Assembly (NCBI RefSeq): GCF_964204645.1
Contig: NC_134033.1
Span: forward strand, 6,844,231-6,908,230
DNA length: 64,000 bases
Direction of reading: 5' to 3'
Source: Tubulanus polymorphus
Lineage: Eukaryota; Animalia; Nemertea
In this document: positions 35,559 to 47,994 of the stretch, in pieces
Layout: every line of letters begins with the position of its first letter
Position numbering within the stretch: position 1 is the stretch's first letter
The notes under the pieces: generated by a model
What the model saw: the letters and a program-made list of their open reading frames with translations, nothing else
The model's database searches: none
What the model was told of the DNA's origin: nothing
Made by a program: the position numbers and the translations under genes

Positions 35559-36857
35559 TTAAAATTTAAAATATGATATTCCTCCGATTACAATTCCTAT
35601 ACAAGTTAAAGCTAATTTAGTATTTTCATGGGATTTATTATCATCATTTAGTTTAATTATATCATGTTGAATATTATCAGTTTTTATATTTTCTGATGTA
35701 TTGTAATCTTTTATTTTAGAATCATTATTTAATTTAATATTGTTAGTTTTAGTTTCAGTTGATTGAATGTGTATTTTATTTTTTTCACCTTCCATTAATT
35801 TTGGAGCAGTGATAATCTTTTTATTTATATCATTCAATCCAAATGAATTAATTATTGTTGCGGTTTTATTTAGATTATTATAACCAATTATATTTCCCAT
35901 CTTTAATACTAAGTCATTAGAAATAATAAATAGATTAGGGCCTATACAATAATTTAATCTAATATGTGATTTATCTAAATAATTTTGATATCTTACAATG
36001 TTTTCCGGAATCGATCTATTTTTATCATTATGAATTGAATCTTCAAGTAATACTTTAACTTGTTTCTGCGCATCGAATGAAGTGTTATCATTTCCAATTA
36101 TTGGTGATCTTGTTTCAACTTGCGCACATAAAATACATATCAAATAAGTTCTAATAGATTGATTTATTCTTTGTATTCCAGCTTTAGTAAAACCTTCACC
36201 ATTTTCTAAAATGAAATTAACCCAACCATTATTATTATCAATTTTATAATTATGATAAGCTGAAATTCTATGCATATAATCAATTCTTTTTATTTCAAAC
36301 TCTTCACCAACACCTTGCAATTTACCATGCGCTCTAAAATCGGAATTAATATTTATATTAAATTCATTACATATTTTATAAAACTTAGATAGATTAATAT
36401 TATTATCCAATTCTTTAAAATATTTAGACCCGGGTAAAGGACATTCTAATTCATTTAATATTATTCTGATTTGAAAATATGTGTGAAATCTAAATATTGT
36501 GTGAATTAATTTTAAATCAGAATACTTCAAATTTTTATCTAAGTTATTTAAATGATCATTCCAACTTATTCCACATCCTGTTGTTGCACAATAAACAGCA
36601 AAGTCTAATTGGTTCTGCCAATATTTCATATTAGATTTTACTTTATATATATGGTATTCATCTCGAGTAAAAGTAACTTCATATGCATTAAATATATTTT
36701 CCATTTTAGAAATAAAAAACAGTGATTTAGTAACATAAATTTCTAAATTAGTTAATGAATTTAAAACTACATTTCTATATGTAATATTTTTCTTGAAATC
36801 TATTGCAATATTATATTTAATTGATTTATTATATTGGAAAGCTTTTGAAAACCCCAT
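35559..36857 (-). CDS. Conserved Maverick protein (432 aa) with C-terminal TM anchor, function unknown
   Basis: Intact ORF ending LALTCIGIVIGGISYFKF; homologues in A and B2. Confidence 0.85.
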   Translation of the reverse strand: MGFSKAFQYNKSIKYNIAIDFKKNITYRNVVLNSLTNLEIYVTKSLFFISKMENIFNAYEVTFTRDEYHIYKVKSNMKYWQNQLDFAVYCATTGCGISWNDHLNNLDKNLKYSDLKLIHTIFRFHTYFQIRIILNELECPLPGSKYFKELDNNINLSKFYKICNEFNININSDFRAHGKLQGVGEEFEIKRIDYMHRISAYHNYKIDNNNGWVNFILENGEGFTKAGIQRINQSIRTYLICILCAQVETRSPIIGNDNTSFDAQKQVKVLLEDSIHNDKNRSIPENIVRYQNYLDKSHIRLNYCIGPNLFIISNDLVLKMGNIIGYNNLNKTATIINSFGLNDINKKIITAPKLMEGEKNKIHIQSTETKTNNIKLNNDSKIKDYNTSENIKTDNIQHDIIKLNDDNKSHENTKLALTCIGIVIGGISYFKF

Positions 36858-36873
36858 TTATATAATTAAAAAA

Positions 36874-37308
36874 TTAATAATCAACTAATTCTTTTAATAA
36901 TTTATCTTGTTCTTCAACTGTTATACGGCCATTTAAACTTATTATATAATCTAGTGTATTCTTCAATTTATTAATTTCTTTTATATTAGTTTTAATTTTT
37001 TCTTTATTACTTTTTATATTTAATTTTGAACTTATACCAGTTAAAACACTTGAACTTAATGCTAATACACCAATTGATATAGCTAAAGGTGTTAATGGAC
37101 TGAATATTGCTAGAAATGTTATTACAGAACTAATTGTAATCGAACCACTTATAATCAAATAATATATAATTTTAGATTTTAAATATTTTTTCTTTTTAAC
37201 TTTTAAGTCACTTTCAAATTCTAATATTTGTTTTTCTAAATATGTTTTTAATTTAGTTTTATTTATATCATGAGGAATAATATCAATATTATCAACTTTA
37301 TCTTCCAT
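36874..37308 (-). CDS. Maverick two-TM protein (144 aa)
   Basis: Intact; three copies in window. Confidence 0.82.
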   Translation of the reverse strand: MEDKVDNIDIIPHDINKTKLKTYLEKQILEFESDLKVKKKKYLKSKIIYYLIISGSITISSVITFLAIFSPLTPLAISIGVLALSSSVLTGISSKLNIKSNKEKIKTNIKEINKLKNTLDYIISLNGRITVEEQDKLLKELVDY

Positions 37309-37327
37309 TTATTTAGCAAAAAAATTA

Positions 37328-37750
37328 CTAATTAGTAAACTTATAAGCAACAAATATAACAATAACAATTCCACCTAAAATCCATATTATTTCATATTTC
37401 TGTTGTTCTTTACTTGGGGTATAATAATCTGATAAATTAGGTTTGTATAGATGTAATTTTTCTTTATTTGTTACTGCGTTATATAAACTCATTGCATCAT
37501 CAACTGATTGAAAATCTCTATGTGAAATCTTCTGATCATATAATTCTTTATTGATGTAATCCATATAGTTTTGTCGTTTTTCTCTATATTCTTCCGCTGC
37601 TTTATTATATTTCTCTAATGCTAAGTTATGTCTTTTTTGTTCTGTTAATGATCCATTTTTATCAATATGTTTAAATAAATATCCACCACCAGTAAATGCT
37701 AAAGCGTTAACAATTGCCGATCCTATAATAGTTATAACTGCAGAAGCCAT
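37328..37750 (-). CDS. Maverick membrane/coiled-coil protein (140 aa)
   Basis: MASAVITIIGSAIVNALAFTGGGYLF..EQKRHNLALEKY; C-terminal TM. Confidence 0.82.
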   Translation of the reverse strand: MASAVITIIGSAIVNALAFTGGGYLFKHIDKNGSLTEQKRHNLALEKYNKAAEEYREKRQNYMDYINKELYDQKISHRDFQSVDDAMSLYNAVTNKEKLHLYKPNLSDYYTPSKEQQKYEIIWILGGIVIVIFVAYKFTN

Positions 37751-37774
37751 TTATTTAGTAAAATAATTATGCAT

Positions 37775-37981
37775 TTATATGGGAGGAATATATTTTTGTT
37801 TTTCCAAATAATCAATAGTTAAATTAGATAAAGTAACTGCTAATGTTAATTTCAAAATATCATTGATATCAAATCTATCAACATTAACACTTCCCATTTT
37901 AAATACTTTTTTTAATACCATTGAATAACCAACAGTTCCAACTGATAGTAATCCAGTTATTATCCACTTATTATCACTCAT
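37775..37981 (-). CDS. Small hydrophobic Maverick protein (68 aa, 5-aa in-frame deletion)
   Basis: Homologue of 22730-22951 and 62642-62863. Confidence 0.78.
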   Translation of the reverse strand: MSDNKWIITGLLSVGTVGYSMVLKKVFKMGSVNVDRFDINDILKLTLAVTLSNLTIDYLEKQKYIPPI

Positions 37982-38338
37982 TTATTTATCAAAAAAATTA
38001 CTATCCTCAAAATATTTAGTTATCTTATTTATGATTAATTCAACATTTATTTCATTACTATTTTCATTTGTATATATTTCAATTATAATTTTTTTAATAT
38101 CATCGATGATACAGTCTTCATCTAATTCATAAAATCTTAAAGATTCTCTAATTAAATTAGTAATCTTTTCTACATTTAAAGTTTCTTTATGTATTGTTGT
38201 TTCATACTCAAATGTTGTTTCATTAGAAAATGCAATATTTTTGATATGTGTAATTACATCATTAACGTTAAATTTCATTTCTTTCTCATGTTTAAAATCA
38301 AACCCAAAACATATACTCGGCCCAACAGTTATATTCAT
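37982..38338 (-). CDS. Conserved hypothetical Maverick protein (118 aa)
   Basis: Intact; three copies in window. Confidence 0.78.
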   Translation of the reverse strand: MNITVGPSICFGFDFKHEKEMKFNVNDVITHIKNIAFSNETTFEYETTIHKETLNVEKITNLIRESLRFYELDEDCIIDDIKKIIIEIYTNENSNEINVELIINKITKYFEDSNFFDK

Positions 38339-38354
38339 TTATATAGTGAAAAAA

Positions 38355-39110
38355 TTACTCTTTACATCGTATAAATAATTCATATATCACAGGAAAGTTA
38401 TTCAAATCAATTAAATAACCATTATGATTTCTTATTTCTAATTTAAAATTATTGAAATGTGGAATACAAGGTTTGAAATCACATTCAGTTAAATTATAAT
38501 TCATTTGAGTTCCAAATTGTTTAACATTTTTTAGCGGTAAAATATTTAGTATACTAGAACTACAAATTGTTTCTTTAGTTGCTTCGAAAGTTTTTGTAGG
38601 CTCGAATAAATTGCAATATATATAAAAGTGTGTAAAAGGTATTATATTTGAGCTGCCTTCTGCGTTTCCTGTAACTGTAAGCGGTTTAATTCCTAACATT
38701 TTAGCCAGTGGTTTGTTTACCATAAATTTATGTTGTTCATTAGATATTTTTATTCTAATTTTATTAGTACTATCAATTTTATTAAATTTAATTTCAAATA
38801 CAGAAGTGCCCCCGATTTTCAACCGAGCTCCACTATTAATTTCCTGCGCTAATGATTCTAAATTATATAATCCTGGTTTTAAAAATATATGAAACCATTT
38901 ATCTTTATTTCTCATATAAATCATAAACCCTCTATGTTCAAAAGTTTTATCTGATATATTATAAAAAGAATTACATAAACTTATATTAACTAATTTTAAA
39001 TCTACACAATTCTTAAATTCTCTATCAAATTGTACTAGTAAATTATGAGATTTATAATAAGTAAGTTTTCTTGAATCAACAAATATTCTGTATTCTTTTA
39101 ATTCCACCAT
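38355..39110 (-). CDS. Putative minor capsid (penton) protein, Maverick B1
   Basis: Intact 251 aa; IFVDSR, PGLYNL, FYIYCNL, LEIRNHNGYLIDLN. Confidence 0.75.
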   Translation of the reverse strand: MVELKEYRIFVDSRKLTYYKSHNLLVQFDREFKNCVDLKLVNISLCNSFYNISDKTFEHRGFMIYMRNKDKWFHIFLKPGLYNLESLAQEINSGARLKIGGTSVFEIKFNKIDSTNKIRIKISNEQHKFMVNKPLAKMLGIKPLTVTGNAEGSSNIIPFTHFYIYCNLFEPTKTFEATKETICSSSILNILPLKNVKQFGTQMNYNLTECDFKPCIPHFNNFKLEIRNHNGYLIDLNNFPVIYELFIRCKE

Positions 39111-39138
39111 TTATTTTACATATTTTCTTATTCGAAAT

Positions 39139-39474
39139 CTATTTCATGGTGCCCCTTTCCCCTTTGTATACGAAATAGAAATCACCAGAACATAATTCTT
39201 CTAGATCTTGACTTGATAATCTATGAAATCTATCCGGTAAATATGTTCTGAATTTATGTGTATTTCCTTTTAATCCTTCATATTCTAAGTGTATAACTAA
39301 TTTATCTCCATAGTTATTAGTAACTGTAACAATATCTGTAATTAGATATTTCTTATGGTTTGTTAATTCTGTTAACTTTTTGAATTTATAATCTACAGAT
39401 TTTACATTTGTGATATCTTTAATTCTATCTTGAAATAATTTGTTGTTCTCACTGTGCGCTTGTTTACTCTCCAT
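39139..39474 (-). CDS. Small protein downstream of pPolB, possibly OB-fold ssDNA-binding
   Basis: FKKLTEL..KYLI..TNNYGDKLVIHL..RTYLPDRF..FVYKG; homologues at 61141-61496 and 55757-56067; function is inference. Confidence 0.6.
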   Translation of the reverse strand: MESKQAHSENNKLFQDRIKDITNVKSVDYKFKKLTELTNHKKYLITDIVTVTNNYGDKLVIHLEYEGLKGNTHKFRTYLPDRFHRLSSQDLEELCSGDFYFVYKGERGTMK

Positions 39475-39503
39475 TTTAATAACATATTTTTATTAAAATT
39501 TGA

Positions 39504-42500
39504 TTAACACGTTAGAATTCTTTTCATTATCTCGTTCTCTTTTGTTTCTTCTCTTGTAAATTTTAAGTATTCATCTAAATTGCAACCATATGCAACTGTA
39601 TGAATTCCATCATCTAAAATATATCTTTTATCATCAAATGGGTTTAGACTTATCTTTTCAATTTCTTCAATAAACATTTCATGATCTTCAGATCTTAAAC
39701 ATCTCATCTTATGTTTTCTAACTTCTTCATTGAATATAAAATTGATGTAATCTTTGAAATGAATATTCTTTTCTACTACACTTTTGGTTATTCCTTTTAA
39801 CTTTTTAGCTTCATGTTCTTTAGTTTTATATGAATACATTTTAGATATAATACCTATGAACTTTATCATTTCTTCACCGCCTAATTCATCCTTAAACTTC
39901 CCTGGAACTTTTTTATTATCATTGCTAAACAATTCATGATCTTTAGGATAGTTACTAAAATCAAAATGATGTTTTAATTTTTTTAAATCATCTGTTATGT
40001 TATCAGTTTTTATCTTTAATATGTAACTGTCGGTATCAAAATATGATATTTCTATATGTTTTTCTCCAAAAAGTGGTTGTAATACATTATAATAGAATTC
40101 ATACATTAGTAATTTTGATAATTCTAAAACTGAAGCGCCAACATAGATTGGTTTATTGAATTTCATTGATGTTCTCCTCATTTTAACTGCAGCTAAATTT
40201 TCATCAAATATTCTGTTACCAATGAACTTAGGATATGTTTGTAAATGTATAATTCTTTTACCATTACTGACTAACTCAATATCATTTCTATTTCTAATAT
40301 TTTCACAAGTCTTACCATAGAATGCATTATTCATTAACTTGAAGAAATCTTTCTCGAAATCAGTTTTAGCTTCAGTTCTCTGTTTGGTGTTAAAATCTAT
40401 ATATTTTTCTAACCACTTAGATTGGCTGAATGAAATATATCTATGTACTTTTTTTAGAATCATTCCTTGTTTTAGATAAAACTTTAACATTCTATAATGT
40501 ACTACATAATTATATTTATCTTCCTGAGTTACCATTAACTTTTCTGTATGAATATGATTTTCGGGTTTAATTTTTTTTTGGTAATCTGATAATTCTTCAT
40601 GAGTTACAGTTTTATGTTCGGGACAGTAAGCTAGATTTCTAGATTTAAATTTTTTATCTTCAGGATATTCTAAATGTACAACAAAGAAGTAACCAGTACC
40701 TGAATCATCTGCAATATCTTGGATTCTTTTCTTCCAATCAAAATTATCATTATTTTCATTCTGTAAAACTTCAGTTAATTCAAATACTCCATAAGGTTGT
40801 GGTTCCATCATTGCCCAACCATATAAATTATTTGCATCTATATATAATAACTTATATCCGGGGTTATCATTTACATTGAAATATCTATCACCTCATACAC
40901 CTGAAACTGCTCCTCTTATAGATTTTTCAAATAATAATAATACATCTGATTTTAAATATATATCTACTAATTGCCCATGATTTTCTATTTTGAAATGATT
41001 CCAAATATTCAATGTTCTATTATATACTTCATCTTTAACATATTCATTTTTTAATTCATCATAGAATTGTTCTTTCAATAATTCAGTTATATTGAAATCA
41101 TTATGTGATTTATAAAATGAATATGGAATTGCTCCTTTATATCTCATTAATTTAAAAATCATCATTATTTTGATAATGTTGTTTTAATATTTTTAATTCA
41201 TCATCAACTAATGATTTTGATAAGTTATCTAATGAACTATTTAAAAATCTATATGAATCTATAAATCTTAGACACCCAAATTGGAATGATATATAATTCT
41301 CAGGGGCCGGTTTCACAAAGCATAATTAACTTTAATTATAATTAGGACCTAAATCATGATTAAATTTCCTTAATCATGATTAGTTAATTACGATTAAAAT
41401 TCGGTTTCACGAAAGGGTTTAATTACAAAATTAACTAATTACATAATTAGGCAACTTGATTACAATTTAACTGTATCAAAATGGCGGAACTTTAGACAGC
41501 CATTTGCTGTCCAAGCATCAACAACCTTCCTTGTTTAGAGGAAAAGAGAAATTCACTCCTTTGGGAGTTAAAGATTGCTCTGAAAGGTCTCAGGAACCAG
41601 TGGAAAAACTTAGCAAGATTTCTCAGAAGTTTTTAAATAGAAACTCACCTCCAGTCAGCAAAATTAAATCCTCGTAAATGGGGTTTATTTCCGAGCAGTG
41701 ATTAGCACTTTTTAACACTAACTCCATAGATATGTACTCTACTGACGGAAATCTATCATATGTATGGACAAAATCAATTAATCCAATACTTCTAAGTATG
41801 TGGTGGTCGTGCTGACAAAAACATAGGACGTTTGAAAATAAATCAATAGAATTTAGAGTATTGACATGCCTTTTTTCAAAAGGCAAAAAATCCAAATTAT
41901 TTGAGCCAAACAATCTGAAGAACTAAATAAGTGTAGGAATTGCCGTCGTCAATTAATAAACACCAAATTCCATGAATAATATCTGCAGCTTTTTGTTTTT
42001 AATAATAAACTAATGATGATTATAAGGTTTAATTACACTCTAGAGGAGAATTAAATTTTGTAATTAACTTAATTATAATTAAAGTTAATTACGTTTTGTG
42101 AAACACCTAACTTGATTAAATCATGATAATTTAATCATGATTAGTGATTTAATCATAATTAAGGGTTAATTACGCTTTGTGAAACCGGCCCCTGATGTTT
42201 TAGCTAACATTCTAAATTTATAAGTTGGTATTTTATCTTTTGATCTATTTGAATTTAATCTCTCTATTTCATTATTGATTTCTTCTATTTTATGGCATAA
42301 CAGTTTGATGAATAAATTTGCATCATATCCTGATAGATTATGAAATATAACTGGTACAAAGTTAATTTTCTTAGCTTGTAAGTTACAATTCTCATGTGCA
42401 GCGCCTCTAAACTTTCCATTCAAATGATCATGGTCTTTTACTTTTTTATCTTTATAATTAAATATCTTTTCACAATAATAACATTTATCTGCAAACGCAA

Positions 42501-44281
42501 ATTCTTCTTTATCTTCTTCTGTCTTTATAATTTCTATATTTGTATTCAATAATTTACTAAATCTTATTTCATATTCAATTAATAAGTCACAAAAATGATT
42601 GATAACATTTTCATTTCTATAATCATAATATTCACTTTCAATTAGTTCTGGATAATCAGATTTAATATATATTCCGAAAGCTGCATCTGATTGATGAATC
42701 TTTATAATAGTATTTGTTATTGGTGGTTCTTCTGAAAAATCATGTTCATTAGAATTTAATTTCTTTCTTTTATAATATATTTCTTTTCTATCTTGATCGG
42801 TTAATTCTTTATTTAATGATTCAAAATCTCCATATATAACAAATGGAACTTTATTTTTGTAATCATATTTTTTGAATTCTAATATTTTATCTTTTTCATT
42901 TGGTAAAACTAATTTACAATAATCATGATTTTTCACATAATTGTTTATGATTTGATAATGTACTTTCATTACTGAATCTATGTAAACATTTTCTACAAAG
43001 ATATATTTTATGGTGATCATTTTCTGATTTAAAAAATAAATCGATTTGTTTAATCCACATATAATGATTTTCATAATATAGTATATCTATAACATCGTTT
43101 GAATCATAATCTTTTGATAGATATAAAGGTTCTAATGTATAATGTTTTATGTTGTTACCTTTTGTATTTGGTAATTTGATTAAATCAAATACATTTATTC
43201 TTAAATTATTATCTCTTTCTATTTTTGGGATGTTTTTAATTATAACAGGATACTTATCTATCTTATAATTATTTTCAAATTGTTTATAATTTGTTAATCT
43301 ATAAGTATGTTTATTATAATCTTCAACTGGGTGTAAACAACTTATAATTGTCCATAGAAAACATTTATCATCTTCATTTTGTACATTTATTACAGCATTA
43401 GTTTTAAATAGTAGTTTAATATAACTCGATGCTTCAATATCGGGTTCTTTATAATATGATACATTATTTTCATCGATTGGTTTTGATTTAGTTAACTTAT
43501 TATATTTTGTGTTATAAACATGTAAAGTCATAAATATTATTTCATCAAATATTAAACCTGATCCTTCAAAATATTTCTCTTCTATTTTAGTTTTTACTTC
43601 ATTATAACATTTATCTAATTTATCATCTATATGTTGTTTTGAAATAATATGTTGTGAATGAGAATTTATATTATATATTGGTTTATCTTCAGATTTTACG
43701 AATTTAACTTTAGAAGATATACTTATTTTAGGATATTCAACATCAGTTTTTATTCTTATTATTTCTTTCATATTTTCTAAATGTTTTTTATTTTCTTCTA
43801 ATGTTTTTCCTTTATGAAATTTAAACTCGATAGCTGCTGGGCCAATATCACTTTTAAATGCTTCGGTTATCTCTATATCTTTTTTATTATCTAATGAATT
43901 AATATATTTTCTTACATCTTCCATGTATGGTCTTTTATTGTTTAATTTATTGTTTATGCTTTTAATTGTCTTCTGTTTCTTATCATTATCTTTATCAAAA
44001 TAATCTTCAACTAAAATATCATTATTCTTATTTCTAATATGACTTTTAGATTTTAAATGTTCTTTATAATATCTTTTATCACTGAATGATTGATTACATG
44101 TATCACATTTATATGTTTCTTTTTCATTCTTTAGTTCATCTAATTTAGTTTCTAATATATCATCTTCATATTCTAGTTTCAATTTATTCTCTAAATGTGT
44201 TTTAGTTTTATTGTGTCTTGCTTTTTGGGATTTATCTATATTGATATTACATGTTGGGCAGTAGTACTTATTTGCTTCCAT
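39504..44281 (-). pseudogene. polB: Protein-primed DNA polymerase B of Maverick B1, intein-less, disrupted by a Harbinger MITE and frameshifts
   Basis: C2H2 fingers, EDDKCFLW, YGDFES, DHDH..GAAHENCN, FHNLSGYD, KLMNNAFYGK, YFDTDS. Confidence 0.93.
41304..42191. mobile_element. Non-autonomous PIF/Harbinger-type element (888 bp)
   Basis: TIRs gggccggtttcacaaagc / gctttgtgaaaccggccc flanked by CWG (cag / ctg); removal restores LAKTSENYISFQFG. Confidence 0.85.
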
Positions 44282-44335
44282 TTTAATACTAAATTTTTTA
44301 TTAAAATTGATTTTAGAAGATCAATGATTTATATC

Positions 44336-44706
44336 ATGCATTATTTCAATCACACTTTACTAACACTTTTAATGTTTAAACATCTAACTCATACAAATAT
44401 GAATATTGAAATAATGTTGTAAATATATACTTTTATATTGAATAATCTGTCAATTTAAATGTTATTCATTTACATGAATATTTTAAGAGTAATAGGGGTA
44501 ATGGGCTTTCAGGTTAAAGGTTGAATGGTCGAGTTCATTAAAAACAAATATTAAAAGTAATTTAAAACTATAATATATTTTCATAACCGTGTGTATTTCA
44601 GTTGAATAATAGAATAATTATTATTATTTGAATATATTTGATTATATGAATTTGTGTATTGTAAATAAATCAATTGGTCGCGGAGCGGAGCGGTAGCGAA
44701 GTGGAG
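44336..44706 (-). repeat. Right TIR of Maverick B1 (truncated)
   Basis: Reverse complement of 26176-26546; breaks after gcgaagtggag. Confidence 0.9.
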
Positions 44707-44710
44707 TAGC

Positions 44711-45420
44711 AAACCAAAATATTGAATTGTCGCAGGCGATAAAACCAAAATATTGAATTGTCGCATGGGACAAAACCAAAATATTGAATTGTCGCGAGCG
44801 ACAAAACCACGGTGGTTCTAAACACCGACCGAAACCGTCCAATACCGACCAAAAGCCGTCCAACACCGACCAAAAGTAAAATTAGTACCGACCAAAATTG
44901 TAACAACCACCAAAAGTAGAATATGATACCGACCAAAACTAAGACGAGTAAAATGATACCCGACATCGTCTGATACCGACCAAAAGAATTTTGAACCAAT
45001 CGCACAGATAATTCTCAAAACAAAGCTACGCGTGTCACTTCGATCACTGAGCGAAAACCAAACTAATGAATTGTCGCGGGCGATAAAACCAAAATAATAA
45101 ATTGTCGCGGGCGATAAAACCAAAATATTGAAGTGTCGCAGGCGATAAAACCGCGACAAAAAAAAAATTGTCGCGGGCGATAAAACCAAAATAATGAATT
45201 GTCGCGGGCGATAAAACCAAAATATTGAATTGTCGTGGGCGACAAAACCAAAATATTGATTTGTCGCGGGTGACAAAACCAAATTAATGAATTGTCGCGG
45301 GCGATAAAACCAAAGTAATGAATTGTCGCGGGCGATAAAACCAAAATAATGAATTGTCGCGGGCGACAAAACCAAAATTATTGTTTTGTCGCGTTATTTT
45401 AGTTTTGTCGTTTTGTCATA
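44711..45420. repeat. ~30-31 bp minisatellite (aaaaccaaaataatgaattgtcgcgggcgat) interrupted by accgaccaaa repeats
   Basis: Tandem units at 44711-44810 and 45055-45380; short accgacc repeats at 44820-44985. Confidence 0.9.
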
Positions 45421-46303
45421 ATGTCGCCCTCATTTGCATATACGTGTTTTTTTACACATGGCCCTTATCAGCCACCATACTTAAGCCTTAAGGTCGCGTA
45501 AAACTCGATAAACACTTCAAGCGACACAGCGAACGATCTCCTTTCCACCACAGCGAACGCTTAACGCTACTAGCCTATGTAGGCCTATCTATATGCGTAG
45601 GCCTAACATCCGGACAGATTGGTCGTAGGCCTATTGAATAACAACCCACCTAAATATCGTAAATTTTGTTTCGAAGTTCAATCCAATGAGTCCGTTAATA
45701 AACGCAACAATTATACTGTGTTTGTTTGAGACAGTAAAGCTCATAGCACCGGTAGGCCTAAAGCCGCGTCAAACTCGATAACACAAGCGACACAGCGAAC
45801 GATCCCTTTCCCCCACAGCGAATGCTTACTCCGAATGTCAAGTGTGAGTCCAGCATACGGAAAGGATTGTGTTATATACTTGTATTTAGTAAATTCCTTG
45901 TGCATTTGACAATGATCGGTATGTACTGTAGGAAATATAAAGTATTGATGGTATTGATATAGAGGTTGAAGCCCGCGGCCGAATAAAGTAATATATTCTT
46001 TTATTTTGATACCTCGTCGACATAACAGCTTTTCTCCGCTATATCTCTTCGGCGTATTTACTTTAGGCCTACGACTCCCCGGTACACTTATGACTTGTCT
46101 TGATTGAAATTCGCACGGAGCATTTGTAGATTGAAATGAGCTGAATGATATCAGACGGATTGTATCGGCAACAGCGGTAATGTAAAAAAGCCTATGTACT
46201 TTTGACAATAAAAGTGTGGAAAAAAATAATAATAAAAATAATAAATATAGCTGCAAAGCAGCGATAACGGGTTTTCTGCACAGTCTTAGAATCCTGTTCA
46301 ACG

Positions 46304-46536
46304 GTGGATTTCGACGAAGCATTTGATTAGGCACAACATCAGCCATTACTAAACAGGCTATTAGGAAACAGTATCAATGATAGGTCGCCAAAATGGCTCA
46401 GCAGTTATCTCTGAACGAAAACTTGTAGCCGAAATCAACGGAACGCCTCATCTTGGAATAAGTCGGTCAAACTAGTGGAGTCACGCAAGGTAGTATCCTA
46501 AGTTGTCTTCTGTTTAATGTCCTGACAAATGACATA
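46304..46536 (+). pseudogene. LINE RT fragment, second copy
   Basis: VDFDEAFD ... SGVTQGSILSCLLFNVLTND. Confidence 0.72.
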
Positions 46537-47563
46537 CACAGTAATCCAACATATACCAGACCGAGTAAATTTCCAAATCGACCTTAACACGCTGTTCGAC
46601 CAAAAAACTTAATGTTCCAACAAGAAAATCTTGTTCCAATAGAAATAATTCTGTTTGATTGAACAATACGCTTTTTGCTTGAACCAAAAATTTTCTTCAT
46701 TCTGACAAAAAATGTGTTCGAATAAAAAGCTATGTTATTGTTGAAATGAAAAATTTTAAGTCCCGGCAAAAAAATTTGGTCGAGCGAAAACAATTTTTTC
46801 GAACGAATGTTTGAATGAAAACAATTCTGTTCGATTGAACGAAATACTTCATACTTTCGGTTCGGAGAAAAAACTTTTTTCAATATACTTGTTCCAACGA
46901 AAAACTTAATGTTCTGACAAGAAAATTCTGTTCAAATTAAAAAAGACTCTGTTCAATTGAACGATCGTTCGAACGAAAAACCTTTCGTTTGGACAAAAAA
47001 AAGTTTGTTCAACTTTGTTCTTACGATTTTTTCAAATTGGTTCAATCGTATAGAATATTATTGGTTCGAACGAAATAAATTTTGTTCCGACGAAAGAATT
47101 TTCAAGGAAAGGTCTTTTGAACGAAAAAAAAGATATATCTGGTGCTCCGCAGTAACTTAAAGCCGGATGTAGGTTGGTCTTGTGACACGATGCGATCCTC
47201 GCGTTGCATCGCAAGTTTCAGTGCAAGTCGGTTGCAATACGATTGTGTGCGACTAGTTTCTGCCAGTCGCAAGAGCGCGTCGGTTGGTTGTGACAGTCGT
47301 GTCACGTCGCAGAAAGTAGAACACGTACGACTCCATGTGACTGGCGTTGCTGAAAGATGAGGACGCCAGTGGTATGACGACTGAGTTTCAATTCGTCAAA
47401 ACGTCACGATGTGTCAACATATTTATGTTGACTTGATGCGATATATCGCGATATATCGACATAAATATGGCGACTTGTCGTGTTTGAACGCGACAACTCG
47501 AGGCCCTTTATCGCTTCCGTAGATCTTTCATTAAGTAGGATCACTTGAATGATCGCTTTAATA

Positions 47564-47903
47564 CGGAAGCGATAAAGGGCCTCGAGATGTCGCGTTCAAA
47601 CTCGGCAAGTCGCCATATTTATGTCGATATATCGCGATATATCGCGTCAAGTCGACATGAATATGTCGACATATCGTGACGTTTTCACGACAAATTTCGC
47701 TTTTTTGCCCATTTTCCACGGGACAAGCCGTCATGTCGACTTGTCGCGAGGAAAATGGTCGAGAAAACGAAATATGTCGTCAAAACGTCACGATATAGCG
47801 ACATATTCAAGTCGACTTGACGCGATATATCGCGGTATGTCGACATAAATATGACGACTTGTTGAGTTTGAACGCGACCACTCGAGGCCCCTTATCGCTT
47901 CCG
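47564..47903. mobile_element. TA-flanked MITE (340 bp), with partial copies ending at 47519 and starting at 47971
   Basis: ta|cggaagcgataaagggcctcgag...ctcgaggccccttatcgcttccg|ta; long internal inverted symmetry. Confidence 0.8.
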
Positions 47904-47994
47904 TACTTTAATATCACTTTAAAAAAAAAAGAATCTGCCAAAATGACCTTAATATTCGACACTATATGTACAGAAGCGATAAGGGGCCTCGAGA

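Larger units (their letters stand above)
25985..44706 (-). mobile_element. Maverick family B copy 1, inverted, distal ~190 bp of the right TIR lost
   Basis: Starts AGTAATAGGGG; 26176-26546 is the reverse complement of 44336-44706; full gene set; empty-site sequence visible at ~47140-47156. Confidence 0.93.

Noticed and set aside
45741-46346. 201-aa minus-strand ORF
   Set aside because: Spans the junction of two Helentron copies and is not preserved in the duplicate sequence
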